Positions 51,290 through 60,360 of a stretch of 64,000 nucleotides of DNA are shown piece by piece. The notes beneath the pieces are model-generated. The model was not told where the DNA came from and ran no database searches. It was given only the letters and a program-made list of their open reading frames with translations. The position numbers and the translations under genes were made by a program. This stretch comes from an uncultured Verrucomicrobiae bacterium. Its GTDB lineage: Bacteria; Verrucomicrobiota; Verrucomicrobiia; Chthoniobacterales; UBA10450. The DNA lies in the NCBI GenBank assembly GCA_963726745.1, contig CAVSDR010000003.1, positions 832,001 through 896,000 on the forward strand. The letters are read 5' to 3'. How positions within the stretch are numbered: the stretch's first letter is position 1; every line of letters starts with the position of its first letter.

Positions 51290-52393
51290 TTAGGCCAGGA
51301 CCGCCGGCGCCGGGATTTCTTCACGCGGAAGCGTGATCGTAAACACGGAGCCTTCGCCGAGCGTGCTCTCGACCGTGAGATCGCCGCCCATCGCGCGCGT
51401 CAGCTCGCGGCTGATCGAAAGCCCCAGGCCGACGCCCCGTTGCCGCGAGTCGATCCGCTGCCGGTCCACCTGCACGAACGGCTCGAAGATGCGCTCGAGA
51501 TGTTCCGCCGGGATGCCGTAGCCGGTGTCGCGCACGCGGATGCAACCGCGCCGCGCAGCGGCCTCGCATTCCACCGAGACGAGGCCGCCACGCGCGGTGA
51601 ACTTGATCGCATTAGTCAGCAAGTTCAGCAGCACTTGCTGGAGCCGGTCGGGGTTCGCCCGCACCGCCAGGTCGGGGTCGCAACCAACTCGCGAATAGGC
51701 GATCCCGGCTTCGTGGAACTTTGGCGTGAGCAAGACCTCCGCCCGCTGGACCGCGCGCTGCACCGGCACCGTTTCGGTGCGCATCTCCGCCTGCCCGGAT
51801 TCCAGCCGGGCAAAGTCGAGAATGTCGTTTAACAGGCGCACCAGCTCCTCGCTCGCCTGCCGGATGGAGCGCAGGTCGCCGATCTGCTCCTCGTTCAAAG
51901 GACCACTCGCGCCAGTCGTAAGCAGGTCGCAGTAACCGGTGATCGCCTGCAGCGGCGTGCGCAATTCATGCGACATCATCGAGAGGAATTTCGCCTTCGT
52001 GTCGCTGGCTGTTTCCGCCAGTTTCCGCGCCTGGATCAATTCCTCCTCGAAGCGCGTCCGCTGGAGCATGCGCATGAAGATGCACTCGTTCACCGCTGCT
52101 GCGCCCCCGGTGCGCCGGACGGCGTTCGCCAGCACCGGGATGTCCGTGCCCGCGCGCGAACGGAGCGAAAGGTAAACCTCCTCCACCTCGCCCTTGAGCT
52201 TTAGGATCGGAAAGAAATGCGTGTGGTAAAAAATCTTTCCGCCCACTCCGCAAAGGAGCTCGAAGTGTTGTCCCACCAATTCCTCCGGTTCGTTGCCCAG
52301 GAGGTGCGCCAGGGTGCGATTGCACGCGGTGATCTTGCCGTCATCGGCAAAGGCGAGATACCCGCACGGGGCCTGGTCTAACGAGGGATCCAT
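51290..52393 (-). CDS. Cytoplasmic PAS-domain sensor histidine kinase
   Basis: RsbP-like PAS (APCGY...IFYHTHFFP); SHELRTPL, NLLTNAIKF, DTGYGI and GLGL. Confidence 0.9.
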   Translation of the reverse strand: MDPSLDQAPCGYLAFADDGKITACNRTLAHLLGNEPEELVGQHFELLCGVGGKIFYHTHFFPILKLKGEVEEVYLSLRSRAGTDIPVLANAVRRTGGAAAVNECIFMRMLQRTRFEEELIQARKLAETASDTKAKFLSMMSHELRTPLQAITGYCDLLTTGASGPLNEEQIGDLRSIRQASEELVRLLNDILDFARLESGQAEMRTETVPVQRAVQRAEVLLTPKFHEAGIAYSRVGCDPDLAVRANPDRLQQVLLNLLTNAIKFTARGGLVSVECEAAARRGCIRVRDTGYGIPAEHLERIFEPFVQVDRQRIDSRQRGVGLGLSISRELTRAMGGDLTVESTLGEGSVFTITLPREEIPAPAVLA

Positions 52394-52409
52394 CCGACAG
52401 GGGCCGCGC

Positions 52410-53213
52410 TCAAGCCGCCGCCAGATACTCGCGCATCACCGCGATGGTTTCGTCCGGATGGCTCATGTGCGGGCAATGCCCGATCGCCTCCATCTGATGG
52501 TAGGTGCTCCCTGCCAGGTGCGCCTCCAGGTAACGCCCGGCCGCCAGCGGCGCGATCGTGTCCTCGGAGCATTGCATGATCAACGAGGGCACGGTCGCGC
52601 GGTCAAGATCGGCCCGGTTATCGGACAGGAAAGTTACCTCGGCGAAGCGGCGTGCGATCTTCGGGTCGGTCGAGCAAAAGCTCTCCTCGAGCTCGGCCGC
52701 GAGCTCGGGGCGATCGGGGTTCTTCATTACTGCGGGCGCGAGGAAGCTGGCCCAGCCAAGGTAATTTTTATCCATCATCTCGAGCAGCCCCTCGATGTCC
52801 GCTCGCTCAAAGCCGCCCACGTAAGGCGGATCGTTGATGTAGGACGCCGAGGGCGCCACCAGCACCAACTGCTTAAAGCGTCCCGGCTCGCGATTCGCCG
52901 CGAGGATGCCGACGACGCTGCTGACGGAGTGGCCCACGAAAATCACCTCGTGCAGATCGGCCGCAGCGCAGATCTCGAGCACGTCCTGCGCGTAGCCCTC
53001 GAGCGAGTCGTAGCGTTTCGGATCGTACGCCGCGAGGTCGCTTTTCCCCGAGCCGACGTAATCGAAGAGCACGATCTTGTAGTCGCGCTCAAAGGCCGGT
53101 GTGATCCAGCGCCACATGTTTTGATCGCAGCCGAAACCGTGGGCAAAAAGCATCGGCTGCGTCCCTTGACCGAAGATGCGGACGTTGTTGCGGCGCAGAA
53201 TGTCGGCAGTCAC
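52410..53213 (-). CDS. RsbQ/KAI2-like alpha/beta hydrolase
   Basis: RNNV, AHGFGCDQNMW, GHSVS and GHCPH.SHP. Confidence 0.88.
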   Translation of the reverse strand: MTADILRRNNVRIFGQGTQPMLFAHGFGCDQNMWRWITPAFERDYKIVLFDYVGSGKSDLAAYDPKRYDSLEGYAQDVLEICAAADLHEVIFVGHSVSSVVGILAANREPGRFKQLVLVAPSASYINDPPYVGGFERADIEGLLEMMDKNYLGWASFLAPAVMKNPDRPELAAELEESFCSTDPKIARRFAEVTFLSDNRADLDRATVPSLIMQCSEDTIAPLAAGRYLEAHLAGSTYHQMEAIGHCPHMSHPDETIAVMREYLAAA

Positions 53214-53268
53214 CGGGGAAAGTTAAGCGGGGATGCGGCGCACGGGAAGCGTTTCCCCATCTTGCCGG

Positions 53269-55092
53269 CTAATTTTCCCGGGCGCGGGCGATCCACGCGT
53301 CCACCTGCTGCTCGAGGATCTCCAGCGGGAGCGCGCCGCTCTTCAAGACGGTGTCGTGGAACTCCCCTTCGCGGAAACGGCTGCCCAGTTCCCGCTCGGC
53401 CCGCGTGCGCAATTCCTGGATCTTGAGCATCCCGACCTTGTAGGCGCAGGCCTGCCCGGGCGAAACGATGTAGCGCTCGACCTCCGCGGTGGTTTCCTTT
53501 TCGCCCATGCCGGTCTTTTCCTCCATGTAAGCGATCGCCTGCTCGCGCGGCCACTTTTGCGCATGGATCCCGGTGTCGACCACCAGGCGCACCGCGCGGA
53601 ACATTTCCCCCTGCAGGCGGCCGAGATCGCCAAAGGGATCGCCTTCATACCAGCCGGCGTTTTTTGCCAGCCACTCGGCGTAGAGCGCCCAGCCTTCCGT
53701 GTAGGCGGTAAAGGGGATGATCTTCCGGAATTGCGGCACGCCGGTGATCTCCTGCGCAGTCGCGAGCTGAAAATGGTGTCCCGGCACGCCTTCATGGTAG
53801 GCCAGCGTCGGCATGCCCCAGCGCGGGTTCTCGCTCAGGTCGCGCAGGTTCGCGTAGAACACGCCGGGCCGCGTGCCGTCGAGCGCCGGCGGCTCGTAGT
53901 AGGCGCCCGCGAACGTCGCTTCCTTGAACTCGGGCACGCGGCGCACTTCCACTTTTGCGCGCGGGATGGTGCGGAAATGCTCGCGCGAACGCACCAGCGC
54001 CTGGTCGATCAGGCGGGTGTATTCCGCCAGCGCCGCCTCGCGCCCGGCGTCGTCATTGGCGAACAGGAAACGCGGGTCCGCCGCGAGCGCTTTCATCGCC
54101 GCGCCGATCGGCTGCCCGGCATAGCCATTGGCGTCGAGTAACGCCCGCATCTCGCCCTCGATCCGCGCCACCTCAGCCAGGCCTAACGAGTGGATCTCCG
54201 CGGGGTTCAGGCGCGTGGTCGTGTTCTGCCGGAGGAGATGCGCGTAATACTCCGCGCCGTCCGGCAATTTCCAGACGCCGTCGTCCGTGGTCGTCTTTGG
54301 CAGAATGCCGGAGAAATAGCCGGCCAGCTGGCGGTAGGCCGGGTAAACCTCCCCCGCGATCGCTTCCTCGACCCGGCGCTGGAAGTCGGCCCGTTGCGCT
54401 TCGCTCAAGCCCTCGATTTTGGCCGCGCGCCGCTGGAAGGAAGTCGCGAGGATGTTCTCCGCCGGCGGCGTGGCCACGAAGTCGTTCATCTCCTTGAGCA
54501 CCTTCTCGACCACGAAACGCGGCGGCAGAATGCCCTTCTCCTCGCGCACCCGCAGCCCCTCGATCAAGCCCTCGAACTGCGGCCCGACCGCGTGCAGCCG
54601 CTCGAGGTAATACTCGGCGTCGCGCGGTTTCCGCAGCCGATGGGTGTTGGCCATGAACGACGGGAAATTGCTCTGCACGCCGAAGAGTTGGTTCACCGGG
54701 TAGTCGTGCCATTGGAATTTTTCGCCTTCGAGTTGCACCTCCAGGAACCAGCCGAGCACGGCGGTCGAGAGGCGTTGCGATTCGCTCTGCCGGTCAGGCG
54801 AATACGCGCGCAGATGAGCCACGTCGCGGCGCAGCCGGTCGAATTGCGCGCGCTGATGCGCCGGCGAGAGGTCGTCGAGTTTCCCGCTGTGGCCGGTGAT
54901 CCCGAACTGCTCGACCAGCCCGACGCTGGTCAGGAGCTGCGGCTGATCGAAGAGGAACTCGAGGAAAACTTTCTCGTAGAAAACGTTGAGCGACCACGGA
55001 CGGAACCAGATCGCGTTCGCCACGAAGACCGCCGCGACCAGCAGACACAGAAGAACGATTCCACCAAGCCACTTGCCGACGCGCTTCAACAT
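53269..55092 (-). CDS. DUF885 family protein
   Basis: N-terminal TM; YHEGVPGHHFQ, EGWALYAE, RLVVDTGIH and PGQACAY. Confidence 0.88.
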   Translation of the reverse strand: MLKRVGKWLGGIVLLCLLVAAVFVANAIWFRPWSLNVFYEKVFLEFLFDQPQLLTSVGLVEQFGITGHSGKLDDLSPAHQRAQFDRLRRDVAHLRAYSPDRQSESQRLSTAVLGWFLEVQLEGEKFQWHDYPVNQLFGVQSNFPSFMANTHRLRKPRDAEYYLERLHAVGPQFEGLIEGLRVREEKGILPPRFVVEKVLKEMNDFVATPPAENILATSFQRRAAKIEGLSEAQRADFQRRVEEAIAGEVYPAYRQLAGYFSGILPKTTTDDGVWKLPDGAEYYAHLLRQNTTTRLNPAEIHSLGLAEVARIEGEMRALLDANGYAGQPIGAAMKALAADPRFLFANDDAGREAALAEYTRLIDQALVRSREHFRTIPRAKVEVRRVPEFKEATFAGAYYEPPALDGTRPGVFYANLRDLSENPRWGMPTLAYHEGVPGHHFQLATAQEITGVPQFRKIIPFTAYTEGWALYAEWLAKNAGWYEGDPFGDLGRLQGEMFRAVRLVVDTGIHAQKWPREQAIAYMEEKTGMGEKETTAEVERYIVSPGQACAYKVGMLKIQELRTRAERELGSRFREGEFHDTVLKSGALPLEILEQQVDAWIARAREN

Positions 55093-55172
55093 CCCGGGAG
55101 AACACCGGAAGCCGCGCGCGCGGTCAAGCCGGGGCTTGAAGCGGCCGCAGTTCACGCGGAAAGCATTGCTCG

Positions 55173-55961
55173 ATGAAGCTTCCTTACTTCGAAGTCGCGG
55201 CCTTCAGCCCACGCGCTTTTGCCGGCAATCCCGCGGGCGTTTGCCTCCTGGAGGAATGGCTCCCGGATGCGGTCATGCAGGCGATCGGCGCGGAGAATAA
55301 CCTCGCCGAGACCGCTTTCGTCGTTCCGCAAGGCGACGACTTTGGCCTGCGCTGGTTTACGCCCACGAGCGAGATCGATCTCTGCGGCCACGCCACCCTC
55401 GCCTCCGCGCATGTGCTCTTCCGGCATCGCGGGCTCGCGGGCGACAGCGTGCGCTTTCATTCGCCGCACAGCGGCCCGCTCGGGGTCGCGCGCGTCGGCG
55501 ACCGCCTGGTGCTCGATTTTCCCACGCGCCCGGTCGCGCCCTGCCCAGTCACGGAGGAAATAGCCAGCGCCCTGGGCGCGCGGCCGGTGGAGCTTTTCCA
55601 GGCGCGCGATTACCTCGCGGTCTTCGAAAACGCCGCGCAAATCCGCGCGCTCCGGCCGGACATGGCGCAGCTGATCTCGCTGCCTAACGAGGGCGTGATC
55701 GTGACCGCGCCGGGCGACGATTGCGATTTCGTTTCCCGCTTTTTCGTGCCGCACCACGGAATCCCGGAGGACCCGGTCACCGGCTCGACTCACTGCAATC
55801 TCATCCCCTTCTGGGCCGAGCGGCTGGGCAAGACCACCCTCCATGCGCGCCAGATTTCCGCGCGCGGCGGCGAACTTTTCTGCGAACTCCGGGGCGACCG
55901 CGTCCGCATCGGCGGCCACGCCGCGACCTACCTCACAGGCGAAATCGAAATCCCGGACTAA
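55173..55961 (+). CDS. PhzF family isomerase
   Basis: GNPAGV, NLAETAF, LRWFTP..EIDLCGHATLA and EDPVTGS. Confidence 0.92.
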   Translation: MKLPYFEVAAFSPRAFAGNPAGVCLLEEWLPDAVMQAIGAENNLAETAFVVPQGDDFGLRWFTPTSEIDLCGHATLASAHVLFRHRGLAGDSVRFHSPHSGPLGVARVGDRLVLDFPTRPVAPCPVTEEIASALGARPVELFQARDYLAVFENAAQIRALRPDMAQLISLPNEGVIVTAPGDDCDFVSRFFVPHHGIPEDPVTGSTHCNLIPFWAERLGKTTLHARQISARGGELFCELRGDRVRIGGHAATYLTGEIEIPD

Positions 55962-56674
55962 CGAACAAAACTCGCGCCGTTAATGTCGAGCACCGCGCCG
56001 GTCATCGAGGCCGGCGCTTGCAGCGCGAGATAGGTGATCACGTTGCCTACTTCCTCCGCGCTGGCCACGCGGCCGAGCGGGATCTCTTTCAACAAAGCCT
56101 CGCCCCCGCGGCTGCTCAGGTATTCCTCCGCCATCCCGGTCATGGTGAAACCGGGCGCGACCGCATACGCCAAAATCCCTTCGCCCGCGAAGCCGCGCGC
56201 GATCGACTTGGTCACGCCCACGAGCGCTGCCTTCGACGCGGCGTAATGCCAATGCTCCGGCGAATCGCCGCGATAAGCTGCGCGGCTAACGACATTCACG
56301 ATCCGCCCGCCGCCGCCGCGCGCGCGGAAATGGCAAACCGCCAGCCGGCAAAGATCGGCCGCGGCCTGGAGATTGATCTGCATCGTCCGCTGCCAGAGCG
56401 CGCGCCAGCTTTCCGCGCTCTCGCCCACGGAAGCGCGCTCGTAGATCCCGGCATTGTTGATCAGCACGTCGATCCGGCCGTCGAGCCGATCGAGCGCTTC
56501 CTGCCACAGATGTTCCGCCGCCTCGGGCTGCGACAGGTCGGCCGCGAGCTGCATCTCGCCGTCTATTTTCGAGCCGTGACCTACCACGCGTGCGCCCTGT
56601 CGCTCGAGTTCCACGCGCGCGGCCGCGCCGATCCCGCGCGTGCTTCCGGTTAATAAAACATGCGTCGCACTCAT
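55958..56674 (-). CDS. Short-chain dehydrogenase/reductase
   Basis: TGSTRGIG, NNAG, YAASK and APG. Confidence 0.9.
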   Translation of the reverse strand: MSATHVLLTGSTRGIGAAARVELERQGARVVGHGSKIDGEMQLAADLSQPEAAEHLWQEALDRLDGRIDVLINNAGIYERASVGESAESWRALWQRTMQINLQAAADLCRLAVCHFRARGGGGRIVNVVSRAAYRGDSPEHWHYAASKAALVGVTKSIARGFAGEGILAYAVAPGFTMTGMAEEYLSSRGGEALLKEIPLGRVASAEEVGNVITYLALQAPASMTGAVLDINGASFVR

Positions 56675-57747
56675 TTTTTCGGCTCCGATTCCTGCAGCAA
56701 CTTCACCAGGTCATCCTTCCAGAGCGCCGCGAGCGTGTGGCTCCCGTGCCCACGCGTCTGCTCGCTCCGCGGGACCACGAGCGCGCGGCCGTGCGGCACG
56801 CGCTTGATCTCGCGCTCGAGAATCTCGAGCTCGGGCGGATTGATCAAGTCGTCGGCAAAATTGATCGCGAGAAGCGGCGCCTTGATCTTTTCCAAGCCGG
56901 GGCCGGGATCGTAATCGTGCGAAGCCTCGACCGCGTAGAGCACGTCGGTGGCGTCGGCATTCTTCAGGTAAGCCTCGACGTATTTATCCAGCGCCTCGTC
57001 CGTTTCCTTGAGCGTCGGCGTCTCGTTTTGCCTAACGACTGGATTGCTGCTCATGAGCCAGAGCATCTCGCCGGCCGTGCGCAGGCTCGGCGGTTGCGCG
57101 GCATATTCGCCTTCGTTCCACTTAGGGTCGTTCCGGATCGCGTCGATCACCAGCCGCCGCCAGGCGCGATTCCGCCCGGAAATTTGCGCGGGCAAACTGG
57201 CCAGCGGCAGGAGCGCGTCCATGAACTCCGGATAGGTCTCGCCCCAGAGCCAGGTGTGCATCCCGCCCATCGATGTGCCCATGACCAGGCGCGCGTGATC
57301 CACGCCCAGGCCGTCGGCCAGGAGCTGGTGCTGCGCCTTGATCATGTCGCGATAGCCGTAGCGCGGGAATTTTGCGTGCAACCCTTCGCTCGGGCGGGAC
57401 GACTTTCCGTGGCCAATGCCGTCCGGCAGGACGATGAAAAACTTCGCCGCGTCGAGCGGCTGACCGGCGCCGAAGAGTTCGCCGGCGAATTCCGGCCGGA
57501 TGAAATTCGAGCCGTTGCCGGTGGTGCCGTGGGTGATCAGGACCGCGTTGAGCGCGTGGCCTTGCGCGTCCTTTTTCAGCGTCCCGACGGTGCGGTAATG
57601 GATCCGCAGCTCAGGCAATTTCTCGCCGGAGGCGAACTCGAAATTCTTGAGCGTGTAATCGGCTTCCTGCGGCGCGGGATACTCCGCCGCGCGGACGGCG
57701 GCGAAAGGAAAAGCGAGAAGGGCGACTGCGAAAAGCTTCAGGTTCAT
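56671..57747 (-). CDS. Exported homoserine O-acetyltransferase-like alpha/beta hydrolase
   Basis: Signal peptide; F.SGE.L...Y.T.G, GTSMGG, DD and GHGSH. Confidence 0.8.
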   Translation of the reverse strand: MNLKLFAVALLAFPFAAVRAAEYPAPQEADYTLKNFEFASGEKLPELRIHYRTVGTLKKDAQGHALNAVLITHGTTGNGSNFIRPEFAGELFGAGQPLDAAKFFIVLPDGIGHGKSSRPSEGLHAKFPRYGYRDMIKAQHQLLADGLGVDHARLVMGTSMGGMHTWLWGETYPEFMDALLPLASLPAQISGRNRAWRRLVIDAIRNDPKWNEGEYAAQPPSLRTAGEMLWLMSSNPVVRQNETPTLKETDEALDKYVEAYLKNADATDVLYAVEASHDYDPGPGLEKIKAPLLAINFADDLINPPELEILEREIKRVPHGRALVVPRSEQTRGHGSHTLAALWKDDLVKLLQESEPKK

Positions 57748-57778
57748 TTTGTGAAAGCGCTGCCTAAATTCTTCGGGA

Positions 57779-58666
57779 ATGATCCACGTCCTCGATACCC
57801 GTCAACTCGGCCGGCCCGGGATCATCGCTGCGACTGCGCTGGAAACAGCCGAAGGCCTGGCGCTGTTCGACACCGGCCCGGAGTCGACCTTCGCGACCAT
57901 CGAAGCGGAACTGCAGCGGATCGGCGCGCACGCGGCGGACGTGCGCCATGTGTTCCTGAGCCACATTCACTTCGACCACGCGGGAGCTGCGTGGCGTTTC
58001 GCTGAGCTGGGCGCGACGGTTTACGTGCATCCGCGCGGTGCCCGGCATCTGCTCGATCCGGCCAAGCTGGTGGCCTCGGCCACGCAGATTTTTGGCGACG
58101 AGATGGAGCGGCTCTGGGGCCGGGTGCAGCCGGTGCCGCCCGAGCGTTTGCGCGTGCTCGAGGATGGCGCGCGCGTCCGCCTCGGCGCGGTCGAAGTGCG
58201 GGCGGTGGCGACGCCGGGACACGCGAGCCATCATCACGTCTACTATTGGGACGACGTGCTCTTCGGCGGCGACATTGCCGGCGTGCGGCTCGGGCGCGGA
58301 CCGGTGATTCCACCCTTCGTGCCGCCGGAGTTGCAGGTCGAGGAATGGCTCCAATCGATCGCCCGGATGCGCGCGCTCGCGCCGGCCACGCTTTACCTGC
58401 CGCATTTCGGCCGGGTCAACGATTCGTTAGCCGACCACTTCGACGCGCTCGAGGAACGGGTGCGCCGCTGGGCCGATTGGTTCCGCGAACGCCAGTCGTT
58501 GACCGAGGCGGAGCTGGTGCCGGCTTTTGCCGAACAGGAACACGCGGAACTGCGCGCCGGTGGAGCCGACGCGGAAGGGGTGCTTGATTATGAAGCCGCC
58601 GATCCCAGCGCAATGGCGGTGACTGCGGCGCTCCGCTATTGGCGCAAGAAACAGGCGACAAATTGA
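57779..58666 (+). CDS. MBL-fold metallohydrolase
   Basis: [19 protein letters not shown] and PHFG. Confidence 0.88.
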   Translation: MIHVLDTRQLGRPGIIAATALETAEGLALFDTGPESTFATIEAELQRIGAHAADVRHVFLSHIHFDHAGAAWRFAELGATVYVHPRGARHLLDPAKLVASATQIFGDEMERLWGRVQPVPPERLRVLEDGARVRLGAVEVRAVATPGHASHHHVYYWDDVLFGGDIAGVRLGRGPVIPPFVPPELQVEEWLQSIARMRALAPATLYLPHFGRVNDSLADHFDALEERVRRWADWFRERQSLTEAELVPAFAEQEHAELRAGGADAEGVLDYEAADPSAMAVTAALRYWRKKQATN

Positions 58667-59647
58667 TGCTCTATTCCATTCTCGATCTTTCCCCGGTGCG
58701 CGAAGGGGGCAATGCCGCGGAGGCCTTCCGCCACTCGGCCGACCTCGCGGTGCACGCGGAGCGCTGGGGCTACACGCGCTATTGGCTGGCGGAGCATCAC
58801 AACATGCCGGGGATCGCGAGCGCCGCGACCTCGGTGGTGATCGCGCACGTCGCCGCGGCCACGAAGACCATCCGCGTCGGCTCCGGCGGCGTGATGCTGC
58901 CGAACCACGCGCCGCTGGTCGTAGCTGAGCAATTCGGCACGCTCGAATCGCTTTACCCGGGCCGGATCGACCTCGGGCTGGGCCGCGCGCCGGGGACGGA
59001 TCAAACCACCGCGCGCGCGCTCCGGCGTTCGCTCGGGAGCAACGGCGACACTTTCCCCGACGATCTGCTCGAGTTGCAGGCGTATTTCCGGCAGGAGGTG
59101 GGCGCGGTCAGCGCGGTTCCCGGGCGCGGGCTGGAGGTGCCGATCTACTTGTTAGGCTCGAGTGATTTCAGCGCGCAACTGGCGGCCGAGCTCGGCCTGC
59201 CGTTCGCCTTCGCCTCGCATTTCGCGCCCGATTATCTGCCGGTGGCGATTGCGCTCTACCGACAAAATTTCAAGCCTTCCAAGGCGCTGGCAAAACCACA
59301 CCTGATCGTCGGGATCGGGTTGTATCTTGCGGAGACGGATGCGGAAGCGGCGCGGCTTTTCACCTCCGCGCAGCAGATGGGGCTGGCGTTGATCCGCGGT
59401 CGCCCCAGCTTGCTGCCACCCGCCGGTGGAGAGCATGGAAGGGCGCTGGAATCGCGGAGAGGAAAATGCCGTCCGCCATCGCGGGACCTACGCGATCGTG
59501 GGATCGCCGGAAACCGCGCGCGCGAAATTAGCCAGCATTCTCGAGGAGACGGGCGCGGATGAATTCATCGCCGTAAGCCAGATCTACGACCACGCGGCGC
59601 GGCTCCGTTCCTACGAGCTGGGCGCGGAAGTTTTCCGCTCGCTCTAG
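58666..59647 (+). CDS. Luciferase-like monooxygenase (LLM class) with a +1 frameshift near 59420
   Basis: [28 protein letters not shown] and GLGRAPG; C-terminus ...VGSPE...GADE...RLRSYEL in the next frame. Confidence 0.88.
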
Positions 59648-59653
59648 CACTCG

Positions 59654-60061
59654 TTAGGGCAAAGGCGGCGGACCGCCGGGCCGATGCTGCCGCCGGAGCA
59701 TCTCCTCGTGGTGCGCGCGCATTTTTTCCAGCTCGGCCAACTGCGCGGGCGTGAGCAGCGGCTTCATTTGCTCGTGCGATTGCTCCATCGCCTGGCGCAC
59801 CCGCTGGGTGGTCTCGCCGCGGATGCCTTCGAGCTGCGCGCTCAGCTGCTCGACGATCGGATCGATCGCGCGCGCCTGGTCCGGAGTCAGCTTCAGTTGC
59901 TCGCGCAAATGCAGCCGCATCCGGTCATCCAACGGTCCGCCGTGCGGTGGTCCGCCGCGGCGGTGCATCTGGTGCGCCGCGCCCAGGAATCCGGTGGCGA
60001 TGCCGGCGAGGTAAACCACCACGAGCGCGACCGCGATCCAGATTTTAGCCGACGCGTTCAT
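59654..60061 (-). CDS. Membrane-anchored Spy/CpxP-like (LTxxQ) protein
   Basis: N-terminal TM; LKLTPDQ and LTPAQ; ATGA overlap with the anti-sigma gene. Confidence 0.75.
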   Translation of the reverse strand: MNASAKIWIAVALVVVYLAGIATGFLGAAHQMHRRGGPPHGGPLDDRMRLHLREQLKLTPDQARAIDPIVEQLSAQLEGIRGETTQRVRQAMEQSHEQMKPLLTPAQLAELEKMRAHHEEMLRRQHRPGGPPPLP

Positions 60062-60360
60062 TGCCAGCTCCCAGCTTCGATCACGCGATCGGCCATGGCG
60101 TAGGCGGTGGCGGTGGGCGAATCGATTTCTTCGACCTGCTGCAGCTGCCACCAGGCGGCCGAGCCGGCGCAGGCTCCGACGAGCAAGGCCGCGACCGCAA
60201 TGCGCCGGAGGAAAACAGCCAGCACGCCGCCGTTTGACGGAGCGTAGCCGCGCGCGCGCGCGAGCACGCGCGTGTCGAAACCGAAGGGCATTTCCGCGCC
60301 CGGCGCTTCCGCCCGCGCGGCCGCGCGCAGGAGGCGATCGAGTTCATCCGACGCGGGCAT
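60058..60360 (-). CDS. Putative single-TM anti-sigma factor
   Basis: LDRLLRAA...P.GFDTRVLAR then a TM helix; overlaps the ECF sigma stop. Confidence 0.65.
   Translation of the reverse strand: MPASDELDRLLRAAARAEAPGAEMPFGFDTRVLARARGYAPSNGGVLAVFLRRIAVAALLVGACAGSAAWWQLQQVEEIDSPTATAYAMADRVIEAGSWQ

Larger units (their letters stand above)
137..59658. repeat. Dispersed short motif (C)CTAACGA(G), about 38 copies on both strands
   Basis: Manual scan: 23 CTAACGA and 15 TCGTTAG on the + strand; positions listed under findings. Confidence 0.85.

Noticed and set aside
137..59658. CTAACGA as a Chi/KOPS site, CRISPR repeat or REP element
   Set aside because: It occurs on both strands (23 versus 15), is irregularly spaced, is only 7-9 bp, is non-palindromic and is mostly intragenic.
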